Shown one piece after another: positions 1 through 10,200 of a stretch of DNA of 29,055 nt. A program made the position numbers and the translations under genes. Under the pieces are notes generated by a model that had not been told where the DNA came from, did not search any database, and saw nothing but the letters and a program-made list of their open reading frames with translations. Within the stretch, counting starts at the first letter, position 1, and each line of letters opens with the position of its first letter. The stretch covers positions 1 to 29,055 of IMG/VR virus record IMGVR_UViG_3300030361_000015. One strand, 5' to 3'. The stretch comes from a virus. Lineage: Duplodnaviria > Caudoviricetes.

Positions 1-99
1 TCTGAAAATTATGAATGCCCTAATTGGGCATACAAGCAAGCGGATTTACTGGGCTACGAGCGAGCTCTTAGGGAAATTTTAAATTTAATTGAAAAATAA
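1..99 (+). CDS. 3' end of small phage protein (partial), probably the gene between portal and scaffold
   Basis: Frame 1 open from window edge: SENYECPNWAYKQADLLGYERALREILNLIEK, TAA at 97-99; identity inferred from position upstream of scaffold. Confidence 0.6.
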   Translation, partial: SENYECPNWAYKQADLLGYERALREILNLIEK

Positions 100-275
100 T
101 TAAAAAAGTTTCGTCTTTTTTTCGATTTTTTCGGTATATATAAGTATACTTAGATAATTACTTAGATAGTTGCTTAGAGTTACTTGTTTACTATAATATA
201 ATATACAATAAATATATTAAGAATTATGCTAAGCATTATTCTAAGCAATAGGTAATTAACAATAAATAAAAGGAT
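100..275. promoter_or_regulatory. AT-rich intergenic region with short direct/inverted repeats (candidate late promoter and/or replication origin)
   Basis: Very AT-rich; TACTTAGATAAT/TACTTAGATAGT/TGCTTAGAGT/TACTTG at 147-186; inverted CTAAGCA copies at ~229 and 241; TTTCG three times at 108-133; AAGGA SD before ATG 281. Confidence 0.5.
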
Positions 276-280
276 AATAA

Positions 281-1021
281 ATGTCAGACCAGACTTTATT
301 CAGCGATAATAATAATAGTCCTGAGGTAACCCCTCAACAACAAGAAACACCGAATCAAAATTCCCAATCTCTGTTTGCAGACCAGCTTGCGGGTATTAAG
401 AATGAGAGCGGTGAGCAGAAATACGATACTCCTGAGAAAGCGCTAGAGGCACTTAAGCACTCTCAGCAATATATTCCTCAATTGAAGCAAGAGCTAGCTT
501 CTAAGGATGAGGAACTAAAATCATTAAAAGAGAAGCTTGAGGCGGCAAATAAAGTGGAAGATATCGTTAATCAGCAAACCTCTCAACCCAATGGTAGTGA
601 CCAACAAACCTTAGGTGAGCAGGATATCGAGTCTATTGTAGCTAAAGTACTAGGGCAATCTAAGACTGCCGAAGTACAATCAGCTAATGAGGCTCTAGTT
701 AATAAGGCGCTTAGTGATAAGTTTGGTGCAGGTGCTCAGGTTGAGGTAGCTAAGAAAGCTGCTGAGCTTGGTATGAAGCCATCTGAGATAGGCGCTCTCG
801 CTAAGAAAAACCCTAAAGCGGCACTAGCCCTTTTCGGTCAATCAGTTGGTACTCCTTCCCCAATTACTGGTGGTTATAATATTGCACCAGAGCCGAATGA
901 ACCTGAACCATTAGGTAGACCTGACAAGAGCTTATTAAGGGGCTCTACAGCGAAAGACCAAGCAGAGTTTATGCGAAAGGTTAGGGAAGAAGTATACCGC
1001 AAGTACAATATTACAGAATAG
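281..1021 (+). CDS. capsid assembly scaffold protein
   Basis: Polar low-complexity N-terminus, coiled coil (LKQELASKDEELKSLKEKLE), basic C-terminal helix, directly upstream of the capsid gene. Confidence 0.75.
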   Translation: MSDQTLFSDNNNSPEVTPQQQETPNQNSQSLFADQLAGIKNESGEQKYDTPEKALEALKHSQQYIPQLKQELASKDEELKSLKEKLEAANKVEDIVNQQTSQPNGSDQQTLGEQDIESIVAKVLGQSKTAEVQSANEALVNKALSDKFGAGAQVEVAKKAAELGMKPSEIGALAKKNPKAALALFGQSVGTPSPITGGYNIAPEPNEPEPLGRPDKSLLRGSTAKDQAEFMRKVREEVYRKYNITE

Positions 1022-1030
1022 GAATTCTAG

Positions 1031-1969
1031 ATGCAATTAACAAGTAATACTCGCCCGTTTATCGAGTCGGAACAGTACAGTTCATTCATTCTATTAAACT
1101 TACATGATGGACTATTACCAGAATCTTTCTACCGCAATGTGACAGATTTTAGTTCTGGTGATACACTACACATTAAAACAGTTGGTAGCGTGACGTTGCA
1201 AGAGGCGTCAGAAGATACGCCACTAACTTACAACCCAATTGAGACTGGTGAAATCACCATGCAAATCACTGACTATGTTGGTGACGGTTGGTACGTAACT
1301 GATGACTTACGTGAAGATGGCACATCAATTGAGATGTTAATGGCAGAGCGCTCAACTGAGTCATCTCGTGCAATCCAAGAGAACTTCGAGACTCGCTTCT
1401 TAGCTACTGCCCAAGAAGGTCAAGCTAATGCTGACCCCAATACCATCAACAACTTCCCTCACCGTATCTCGTCTACTGAGGTGGGTAACGTATTCGCATT
1501 AAGTCAACTAATCGCACTTCGACTAGCGTTTGACAAAGCTAACGTACCAGCAGAGGGTCGTGTATTTATCTGTGACCCAGTAGTTGAAGCTACATTAAAT
1601 GGCTTAGTTACTATCACTCACGATGTAACTCCATTCGGTCAGAAGATTTTAGAGCAGGGTTTAGCAAGCGGTCAACGCTTCTTAATGAACCTTTACAGCT
1701 TTGACATTATCCAGTCTAACCGATTACCTGTTGGTACATTCTCGGATGGTACTACTGAGGTAACTAACGCTGTAGCTAACATTGCTATGTGTGTATTAGA
1801 TGACCAGTGCAAGCCAGTTATGGCAGCATGGCGTCGTATGCCTAAGGTAGAGGGTGAGCGTAACAAAGACCGTGCTCGTGACGAGTTCGTAGTACGTGCT
1901 AAGTGGGGCTTTGGTATTCAACGCCTAGATACACTTGGTGTTATCATCACATCAGCAGTTAACTACTAG
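1031..1969 (+). CDS. major capsid protein (HK97 fold)
   Basis: 312 aa; podoviral MCP-like motifs (GDTLHIKTVG, FDKANVPAEGRVFICDP, C-terminal WGFGIQR); strongly biased codons; double stop TAGTAA. Confidence 0.85.
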   Translation: MQLTSNTRPFIESEQYSSFILLNLHDGLLPESFYRNVTDFSSGDTLHIKTVGSVTLQEASEDTPLTYNPIETGEITMQITDYVGDGWYVTDDLREDGTSIEMLMAERSTESSRAIQENFETRFLATAQEGQANADPNTINNFPHRISSTEVGNVFALSQLIALRLAFDKANVPAEGRVFICDPVVEATLNGLVTITHDVTPFGQKILEQGLASGQRFLMNLYSFDIIQSNRLPVGTFSDGTTEVTNAVANIAMCVLDDQCKPVMAAWRRMPKVEGERNKDRARDEFVVRAKWGFGIQRLDTLGVIITSAVNY

Positions 1970-1983
1970 TAAGGAGATAATTA

Positions 1984-2352
1984 ATGGCTAACAAATATGA
2001 AAGTGGCTCTGGCTTAAATGTCAACAACCACTATGGCCCTCGTACAACTGGCGGCACGGAAGGTCTAGTCAAGACTGAGGGTGTCTCTAACGAGTTTATG
2101 GAAGACTTAGATAATACTGATTTATCTTTTGGCTTCCCTTTTACTGATGGTACTGCATGGGTTACTGAGGTAGATGTATCACAACTAGGTGGTACTATCA
2201 CTGCAATTACCATTGGTGGTGTGGATGTTACAGCAGCAACCCCAGAAGCTCCTGTACAAATCCCAGCAGCTAACTCTGGTGTTATCGTTTACACAGGCTC
2301 TAATGGCACTGGTAAATCTCTTATTAAGTTTAAGAAGTATTCATTAGTTTAA
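1984..2352 (+). CDS. putative head decoration / minor structural protein
   Basis: Strong SD TAAGGAG; Gly/Thr-rich beta-type sequence; co-transcribed with MCP before the terminator. Confidence 0.55.
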   Translation: MANKYESGSGLNVNNHYGPRTTGGTEGLVKTEGVSNEFMEDLDNTDLSFGFPFTDGTAWVTEVDVSQLGGTITAITIGGVDVTAATPEAPVQIPAANSGVIVYTGSNGTGKSLIKFKKYSLV

Positions 2353-2365
2353 TTTAATGATTTTC

Positions 2366-2400
2366 AAAGGGCTAGTCAGTTTTCTGGCTGGCCTTTTTTT
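2366..2400 (+). terminator. Rho-independent terminator after the capsid genes
   Basis: GGCTAGTCAG-TTTT-CTGGCTGGCC stem (G-U pairs) followed by T7. Confidence 0.85.
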
Positions 2401-2415
2401 ATTGGGAGAAAGTAA

Positions 2416-3033
2416 ATGACTATTGAACACAAAGATATACCAGAGGATGGCTTGCACGAACCTAAGGGCGTAAGTGTAGCTAACTCAGGTCAAGTGTACG
2501 TAGCGAATGGAGCAGGTTCAGGTAATTGGACGGATGCTTTCCAACTAGCTAACCTAGGTATTGAGAGGTTAATTGATGGCTCCAGTGCTGCCACTTCACA
2601 AGAGCCAACTGGACTAGGTGATGCTAATGCCATCCAGATTGAGTTCGGGGCTGCTGAGGGCACTGCACTAGACCCAGTTAACTTATTAGCTGATGGCACC
2701 TTACAAATTAACGAAACTGGATTGTATCGAATTAAGATAGCACTGCAATTTGGCAGAACTGGTGGTGCTGGCACTTCACTACTTATGTTCAGGGTACTGG
2801 GTAGTGGTGTTCAGTTAGGTAGGAGTGTAGGTTCTAGGTTGGACAGTGCGGAAGTAGACTTGTACTTTGAGAATGATACTTGGGTGACATTGCCGGCTGG
2901 TACAGAGTTGACATTTGAGATTATTAGGGATGCCGCTGGAAACAACTCTGGCGGATTGTTTGCCATAGCTGCATCAGGTAGTTGGAATGACGTACCTTGT
3001 GCATCATTACGAGTAGAAAGGTGGTCAGCATAA
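2416..3033 (+). CDS. virion fibre-like structural protein, possible C1q/BclA-like C-terminal domain
   Basis: N-terminal LHEPKG...GQVYVANGAGSGNW; C-terminal LQINETGLYRI...LPAGTELTFEI resembles a jelly-roll trimer head. Confidence 0.45.
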   Translation: MTIEHKDIPEDGLHEPKGVSVANSGQVYVANGAGSGNWTDAFQLANLGIERLIDGSSAATSQEPTGLGDANAIQIEFGAAEGTALDPVNLLADGTLQINETGLYRIKIALQFGRTGGAGTSLLMFRVLGSGVQLGRSVGSRLDSAEVDLYFENDTWVTLPAGTELTFEIIRDAAGNNSGGLFAIAASGSWNDVPCASLRVERWSA

Positions 3034-3054
3034 TGTGGTACTAGGAGATAATTA

Positions 3055-3840
3055 ATGAAATTAACACTACTTGACATAGTTCAAGACATATTAAATGATA
3101 TGGATGGTGACGAAGTAAACTCAATTGATGATACGTTTGAGGCTGGTCAAGTAGCTCAGATAGTTAAGTCAACTTACTTCGCCATGATTTCAAATCGTAA
3201 CTGGGCGCATACACGTAAGTTAGTTCAGGTGTTGCCCTCAGGTGATGACACTTTACCTACCCACATGAAGGTTCAAGAGGATATCAAAGAGCTTAGTGGA
3301 ATTAATTACAATGCAGCTAAGCATGGCGAGACTAGACGTAAATACAAAGCTATTAGGTATCTAGAGCCAGATGACTTCCTTAGGGTGCTAAATAAGCGCA
3401 ACAATGACAACGACAACATAGATGTTATTATCGACCCCACTGGAGTTGAGTTGCTAATACGCACAGATATAGCCCCCTCCTACTACACCAGCTTCGATGA
3501 TGAAGAGTTAGTATTTGACTCTTATGACAATGAGGTTGATTCTACATTACAACAGTCTAAAGTGCAAGCACGAGCTTACGTAATACCTGAGTGGGAGATG
3601 ACTGATGACTTTATTCCTGACTTACCTGACATGGCTTTTACAGCCCTACAGGAAGAGTCCAAGAGTAAAGCAATGTTTAAGCTCAAGCAAGTGCAAGATA
3701 TTAAAGCTGAGCAAGAAGCTACTAGGCAGCAGCGCTGGTTATCACGTAACCAACGACGAGTTGAAGGTGGTATTAGATACCCTAACTATGGCAGGAACAC
3801 GCGTAAGTACAGGGATGTTACATTTAAAGAGGATAGGTAA
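3055..3840 (+). CDS. tail tubular protein A (adaptor)
   Basis: N-terminus TLLDIVQDILNDMDGDEVNSIDD matches the T7 gp11-like pattern; position before the nozzle gene. Confidence 0.75.
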   Translation: MKLTLLDIVQDILNDMDGDEVNSIDDTFEAGQVAQIVKSTYFAMISNRNWAHTRKLVQVLPSGDDTLPTHMKVQEDIKELSGINYNAAKHGETRRKYKAIRYLEPDDFLRVLNKRNNDNDNIDVIIDPTGVELLIRTDIAPSYYTSFDDEELVFDSYDNEVDSTLQQSKVQARAYVIPEWEMTDDFIPDLPDMAFTALQEESKSKAMFKLKQVQDIKAEQEATRQQRWLSRNQRRVEGGIRYPNYGRNTRKYRDVTFKEDR

Positions 3841-4037
3841 TGGAATATAAAGGTTTTAAGTTACAGCACGACGGCAAGTTTGGATACTACCACATTAAGG
3901 CAACTGGCAGGGGCAGCGTTCCTGTAGAGCTTAGGGGTACTTACACTACACCGAAGTTTGCACAAGATAGTATTGACGCCCACTTAGCTAAGAAGGGGAA
4001 GAAAGATGACAAGGCGAAGTCTAGTAACAGAGACTAA
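3840..4037 (+). CDS. small hypothetical protein
   Basis: TAATG coupling to upstream gene, SD GAGG; 65 aa. Confidence 0.65.
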   Translation: MEYKGFKLQHDGKFGYYHIKATGRGSVPVELRGTYTTPKFAQDSIDAHLAKKGKKDDKAKSSNRD

Positions 4038-6342
4038 CACATTTGTTGGCGGGTTAATAACAGAAGTAAGTCCCCTAACCTTCCCACCTAATACAGCAGC
4101 AGATATTCTAAATTTTAATATCAATAAAGATGGTACTATATCCCGAAGACTGGGCGTAGACTACGAGGAGGGTTACACAGTAGTTGACTCTGGCGTTAGT
4201 TTAGATAGTGCAGGTGAAGTCCCTTTCAATGTATTTGATTGGGATAATGCAGGTGGTAATGCTGACGTTAAGATTAAGGTGGTTCAAGTAGGTAATAAAC
4301 TTGATTTCTTCTCCACCTCCGGTAGCACTATATCTGGTGAGCTATTACATTCACATCAGTTTATTGATAATACTAAAGTTAACTATTCTAGCTCTGTGGT
4401 AGATGGTATACTAGTGGTAGCCTCTGGCTCTAGGAAGTTGACATCATTCACTTACGATGACGGAGTAATTACGGCTGGGGAGTACCAACTAAAGATTAGG
4501 GACTTGTTTGGCGTAGCTGACTTTATTGGTGGTGCTGATTACCGAGATACTAGTAACGTAAACTTCCGACCATTCGCTAGGAATCTTACCAACAACCACA
4601 TCTATAACCTACGTAACTCTACCTACTCCCAGTTAAGGCTGTATGGTAACAGAGAATCTTTATCAGACCCTATCAAAGCATTTGAAGATGAGTCTGTCAA
4701 TGGAGCTTTCTACGATATACCTAGAAGTCCATCTAACGCTGATAATGTTATTCAAGCCTTATTTGCAGACGCTAATGATAGTGATGACAGGATAGCTGAG
4801 AGGTTCTTCCCTGATAAGTTAATGAAGTCACCTCCGGGTAACTTTGAAAGTCCTAAGGGTTATTTCATTATCGATGCTATGGATAGGGGAGCTAGTCGCC
4901 TAGAGGAAGCCTCAAACCTAGTAGCTGGTATTAGCGGCTATGATTACTTCGTACAAGACTTACCTGCTGACAGGACTCCGGGAGGTGCTTCCGTTGTAGG
5001 AGAGTTTGGTGGTCGTATTTGGTACGGTGGCTTCTCTGGTGAAGTGGAGGGCGGAGATGAGTATTCTCCAAACCTATCGTCTTACTTAATGTTCAGTAGG
5101 TTAGTGGAGAATCCAACAGACCTTGGTAAGTGTTATCAGGATGGAGACCCAACATCTACAACTAGCCCAGACTTAGTAGCCACTGATGGCGGCTTTGTTA
5201 GGCTTGATGGTGCGTATGGCATCCTTAAGATGATTAACATTGGAGCTAGTTTAATCGTAGTGGCAAGCAATGGAGTGTGGGCTGTTAGTGGGGGTAATGA
5301 CTATGGGTTCTCTGCATTGGACTATAGAGTTGATAAGATATCCAATCATGGTGGGCTTAGTGCCACAAGTATTGTGCAAGTTGATAACTCTGTGCTATAT
5401 TGGTCTGATGCTGGCATCTATCAAATAGGTGTAAGTGAGTTGGGTGACTTAGGTGACACTAATATATCTAACAACACTATCCAAAGGTTCTATGAGGATA
5501 TCTCAGATTTAGATAAGGAATACGCACAAGGTACTTTCGACAGGTATGAGCGTAAGGTTAGGTGGGTGTATGGTAATAGGTTGAACTCGTCAGAAGGAGT
5601 TAGCGAACTAATACTTGACGTAAACCTAGGGGCATTCTACCCACATAAATACGGCTCTACTGGTGGAGTATTCCCTATACTAGTAGCACCTCTAGAAGTA
5701 CCTCCCTTTAAGATTGGAGAGGTTGATTCCTTTATAGTTAATGACTCTAACCCTGTTGTATATAACGGAGAGTCTTTAGTATTTAAGGAAGCTCTGAAAC
5801 TACAGGGGCTCAGAGAGATTGCCTATTTAACAATAACTGAGACAGTACCAACAATTAAGTATACAATCTCAAAGCTGAGGGATAGAGACTTCCTAGACTG
5901 GAAGAGTTCAAACTCTTTAGGTGTTGATGCACCAGCTCACCTTATTACAGGTTACGATGGGGCAGGAGACTTCCAGAGGTACAAGCAAGTACCTTCTATT
6001 ACTTTCCACTTCCACAGGACTGAGGATGGTTTCGAGGCGGATGAACTGGGAGACCTTTTCCCAACTAATCCATCCTCTTGTAAAGTACAAGCTCAGTGGG
6101 ATTGGGCTAACTCCTCTAATTCAGGTAGGTGGGGCAAGGAATTCCAAGCCTATAGGTACAGGAGATTCTACATGCCACAGGATGAACAAGACCCTTACGA
6201 CACAGGATTCGCTGTAATCTCTACCAAGAATAGGTTGAGAGGTAAAGGTAGGGTTCTTTCATTATTAATAAAGACCGAGGCAGGTAAAGATTGTAGGCTG
6301 CTTGGATGGTCGCACATAAAGAGCGTAGCAGAGAATGTCTAA
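4006..6342 (+). CDS. tail tubular protein B (nozzle)
   Basis: 778 aa beta-rich; N-terminal TFVGGL...RRLG typical of T7 gp12/P22 gp10-like nozzles. Confidence 0.8.
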   Translation: MTRRSLVTETNTFVGGLITEVSPLTFPPNTAADILNFNINKDGTISRRLGVDYEEGYTVVDSGVSLDSAGEVPFNVFDWDNAGGNADVKIKVVQVGNKLDFFSTSGSTISGELLHSHQFIDNTKVNYSSSVVDGILVVASGSRKLTSFTYDDGVITAGEYQLKIRDLFGVADFIGGADYRDTSNVNFRPFARNLTNNHIYNLRNSTYSQLRLYGNRESLSDPIKAFEDESVNGAFYDIPRSPSNADNVIQALFADANDSDDRIAERFFPDKLMKSPPGNFESPKGYFIIDAMDRGASRLEEASNLVAGISGYDYFVQDLPADRTPGGASVVGEFGGRIWYGGFSGEVEGGDEYSPNLSSYLMFSRLVENPTDLGKCYQDGDPTSTTSPDLVATDGGFVRLDGAYGILKMINIGASLIVVASNGVWAVSGGNDYGFSALDYRVDKISNHGGLSATSIVQVDNSVLYWSDAGIYQIGVSELGDLGDTNISNNTIQRFYEDISDLDKEYAQGTFDRYERKVRWVYGNRLNSSEGVSELILDVNLGAFYPHKYGSTGGVFPILVAPLEVPPFKIGEVDSFIVNDSNPVVYNGESLVFKEALKLQGLREIAYLTITETVPTIKYTISKLRDRDFLDWKSSNSLGVDAPAHLITGYDGAGDFQRYKQVPSITFHFHRTEDGFEADELGDLFPTNPSSCKVQAQWDWANSSNSGRWGKEFQAYRYRRFYMPQDEQDPYDTGFAVISTKNRLRGKGRVLSLLIKTEAGKDCRLLGWSHIKSVAENV

Positions 6343-6799
6343 CATTACATACCACAAAGAAAAGTTATTCGATATTAAGGAAGAGATTGAGCCAATCCTA
6401 GTTCAACACTATGAAGAGATAGCGGCTTACACTGACGTAATAGAATTAGCCCCTGACTGGGACAGGTATAAGACGCTAGAGGAAGCTGGAATACTAAAAG
6501 TTATGACTGTCAGGGATGACGGAGTGTTGGTGGGTTATTATGTGACTATGTTAGTTCCTAACTTACACTACTCAAAAGACTTTTACGCGGTTAATGATAT
6601 TGTCCTTATTAAACCTGAATACAGGAATGCTAAAGTTGGTCTGGGTTTATTTCAGGAGGTAGAGAAATGGATGAGGGAAGAGGGTGCATCAGTAATGACT
6701 ATGCACATGAAAGTTAAACAACCTTTCGATGAGCTATGTCAAGGCTTGGGTTGGGACTACATGGAAAGGATTTATACTAAATGTATTAAGGAGGTATAA
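6335..6799 (+). CDS. GNAT-family acetyltransferase-like protein
   Basis: Motif A-like LIKPEYRNAKVGLGLFQEVE; T7 gp13-like position between nozzle and internal virion genes. Confidence 0.75.
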   Translation: MSNITYHKEKLFDIKEEIEPILVQHYEEIAAYTDVIELAPDWDRYKTLEEAGILKVMTVRDDGVLVGYYVTMLVPNLHYSKDFYAVNDIVLIKPEYRNAKVGLGLFQEVEKWMREEGASVMTMHMKVKQPFDELCQGLGWDYMERIYTKCIKEV

Positions 6800-7233
6800 T
6801 GGCAGTAACAACAGCGATAGCTGCTGTAGTCGGTACAGCCGTTTCCATAGATGCTGCCAATAAGTCAGCGGCAGCTCAGAAAGAACGTAACAAAGTAACT
6901 AACGCCACTCAAAAAGCCGAGGATGCTAGGAACATCCGACAACAAGCTAGGGAGGAGCGTATCAGGAGAGCTGAGATATTACAAGCTAGTGAGAGTACAG
7001 GAGCATCTGGCTCTAGTGCTGAGGCTGGCGCTGTAGCTTCTCTAGGGGTTCAGGTGGCAGAGAACAAAGCCCGTGTGAGTGGTCAACAATTAGCTGCCCA
7101 AGGCATAGGTCAATCCAACCAAGCGATAGCTGATGCCCAAGTTCAATCACAACTAGGTCAAAGTATCACAAGTATCAGCTCCCAAGCTTTCAGTGAAGCA
7201 GGTGGCTTTGATACATTATTCAAGGGTGGTTAA
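6799..7233 (+). CDS. internal virion (ejection) protein, small
   Basis: SD AAGGAGG; hydrophobic Ala/Val N-terminus, Ala/Gln-rich helical body; T7 gp14-like position. Confidence 0.65.
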   Translation: MAVTTAIAAVVGTAVSIDAANKSAAAQKERNKVTNATQKAEDARNIRQQAREERIRRAEILQASESTGASGSSAEAGAVASLGVQVAENKARVSGQQLAAQGIGQSNQAIADAQVQSQLGQSITSISSQAFSEAGGFDTLFKGG

Positions 7234-7234
7234 T

Positions 7235-10200
7235 ATGGAAGAGATGGTAGTAGGAGTTAATGAGGTAGAAGTTGACAGTAATATGTACGACTTACAGGAG
7301 GTGACTGCCAGTGAGGAGAATCAGAAGAAGTCTGCCTCAGTTGATGTAGCCGCCTCTACCATTTCTCAGGGCGGTAATCTTCAAGAAGCTATGCAGTCTA
7401 TTGAGAGCAAGACAGTGGGCGAGTTAGATGCAGAAGCAACTACACAATATCAAAATACACAGAAGCAACTACTTGTTGATACTATAGAGTATAACGCCTC
7501 AGTGGATTCACCAAACCTGCCAGCACTAGTACAGAATGCGCCTAAGGTTATGAGTGAGATTGAAGCTGCTGGCTCTTCAAAGCTAACCCCTTATTTACAC
7601 TGGGTTAACAGGCTAGATGGTTCAGAGAAACTGTCCCTTAAGGAGCGAAAGTCAATCGCCACTGATGCCCTACTGTTGAGAGCTATCTCCGAGGGTGCGG
7701 ATAGTAGGGGGTTTTGGGACAATGCTTGGGATGTCCTAGGCATGATGGCTGTACCAGATGAGTCCTACAATGCTGCTGAAATTCAATCTCAGTTATTTGG
7801 AGATAGTGCTGGTTTTACTGAATGGTTAGACAGTGCGGATGCTTGGAGTAACATAGCTGGTTTCCGTGAGTCACTCCCCGCAGAAGAACGTGTGATGTTC
7901 GATGAGAGGCTTGTAGAGGTTATCAGAGGTGTTGACGATAATGTAGTTCAACAAGTATCTGCTGTGCTAGGTATCCTAGGTCGTGACCCAGAATCAATCG
8001 CTTTCCAATCACTAGAGAAGGTTGATGCCTTGTTACTAGGTGCTGGTATCGGTGCTAGTTTACATAGGGGGCTGCGTTCATTAAATGTAATGAACCGTAC
8101 AGCTAAATCTGGTGATGCACGTACAGCCGCTAAGATAGCTGATGCAGTGGCTTCTAGTATTGAAGTGTCTAGGGCATCCGGTGTATCACAGGCTGACGCT
8201 GCTGCATTAGGTAATCCAGTCAGGGCTGAGGGTGTATTCACTGGAGCACCTGATGGACTACAGGCAGAGTATCGTAGGTATAGTCAAGGTATTACCGAGG
8301 CTCTTAATAAAGCTACTGATACACTAGGTTATGTAATTACACCAGATACAAAAGATGCTGACGAGATTGCAGCAGCAATTAACCGTAGACTATCAAAGAA
8401 TGATGACATAGATAACATCAAAGTTACGCAAGGTGTGGAAGGTATCAACATTGAGTATGACGTTATTGATGGGGATAACCTAACAACTGTACGTGAGTCT
8501 AGGTTCTTTACACTAGATGACTTAGGTGGCTTTGAACAGAAAGAGGCTGGATTAGTTGCCTCTTTCTTACGTCCATTCGTTAGCCCTAACACTCTGGCAG
8601 GGGCTGACCGTAAGTTCTTCGTACAGAGCGCAGAGGCTTTATTGCCCGCTAAAGCTCGTATGGGTAAGGCTTATGGTGAAGCAGTAGACGCTGCACTAAA
8701 ACCAGTAAATGGTAACAAACAATCACTAACTAAGATTGACTCTTTGATGAAAGTGCTAGATGGCACTGACATTGATATTAACTATCATACATTAGTTAAC
8801 GAGGGTGTAGGTGGTATTCGTTTAACTGATAAAGAGTTTATTGCTGTCAAGGGCTTACGTGAAGTATTAGATGATGCCTACAATACTAACAACAATACAC
8901 TACGTCGTGAGATGGAGCTTAGGGGAACTAAGGGTGTTAAGTTAGAGGGCGAGATTCAATACGCTAAGCCTTATGATGAGGCGGAAGAAGCTTACACAGC
9001 GTTCTCTGCTGATGCTGAAAACATGCACATTGTAGATGTTGATGATGTTGTAAAGGTTGGTATTGGTCTTGACGAACTTAAGCAAGCTTACAAAGAAGGT
9101 AAGGTGTTGGTTCGTAATGATTCAGCCAATGTACAGGATTGGTTCACTTCACCAGAGGGTTTAGTTAAATATGCCTTAGTAGGTAAAGACCAAATCACAG
9201 AGTTGCCACCTAATGTATTAGGTAAGATTAAGAACTATCTACCTAAGTTAAGGGAAGATGCTAACTTCTTCGTTAAACAGAAACGTAACGTAACAGTTAA
9301 CGGAGTTAAGAAGAGGCTTGAAACTACTTTAGCTTATGCTGCCACTGAATCGCAAGCTCAACGGTACATTCAAAAACTACAGCGTGTCGCAATGGACGCT
9401 GGTGAAGAGTTTGATGTAAATAACTACACCATTAAGTTTGACCGTGAAGTAAGTAAAGGGGTGCAAGGCTCTGATACATTATCGGTTGGTGGTGGTTTAA
9501 TTAGGGGTAAGCGTAAGTCTACTGAACTAGATTGGGCTGGTGACTTTGATGAAGGTGGTCGTACAGATACACTGGACTCTCTCCAACGTTACATGTCTAT
9601 AACCGCTGACCGTCAGGTTATGTCTGAGTGGAGGTTAGAAGCTAGGGCACGTATTCGTAATGAAGCTAGCTTACATCCTGATATTGGAGATAAAGGTATG
9701 TCAGAGGATTGGGATGGCTTAAGGGCTGTAATAGATAAAAGTGGTATGGACTTGAAAGCCAAGGCTAAGCTACTTAGTATGTATGACCAAACCTCTACGT
9801 TATCTAACATTCCAACTAAGTCTGACCAGAAGTTCCAAGGTGCGGTACGTGCTATTGGTAAAGCTTTTGATAAAGCAGGTAAAGAGAATGTAGCTAAATA
9901 CATATACCAAATGCACGATAAGAGTTTGGTAGATGTAATGAAAGGGGCTACATTCAACTTAACGTTAGGTATGTTTAACCTTGTTCAAGTCCCTGTACAA
10001 TTGTTTGGTGCTTCTGTAGCAGCTAGTATTAACCCGATATCAGCAGCCAAAGGTGCCCCTAGGTGGCTAATGGCTAGTACATTAGATTTTGTAACTAATG
10101 AGAAGTCAGGCAAGCAATTCCTGAGGAAGATGTCAAAGGCACTAGGTTTATCTCCTGAGGAGTTGGCACAAGACTATGCAGCTTGGCGTAAGTCAGGTAT

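Noticed and set aside
147-186. Short tandem repeats as a CRISPR array
   Set aside because: Units are 10-12 bp, adjacent, without spacers; no cas genes in the window
1964-1990. Capsid read-through or frameshift extension (T7 10B-like)
   Set aside because: Double stop TAGTAA, no obvious slippery site, and the next gene has its own strong SD
7193-7234. ORF-track start of the large internal protein at 7193
   Set aside because: Overlaps the upstream gene; ATG 7235 directly after its stop is more plausible
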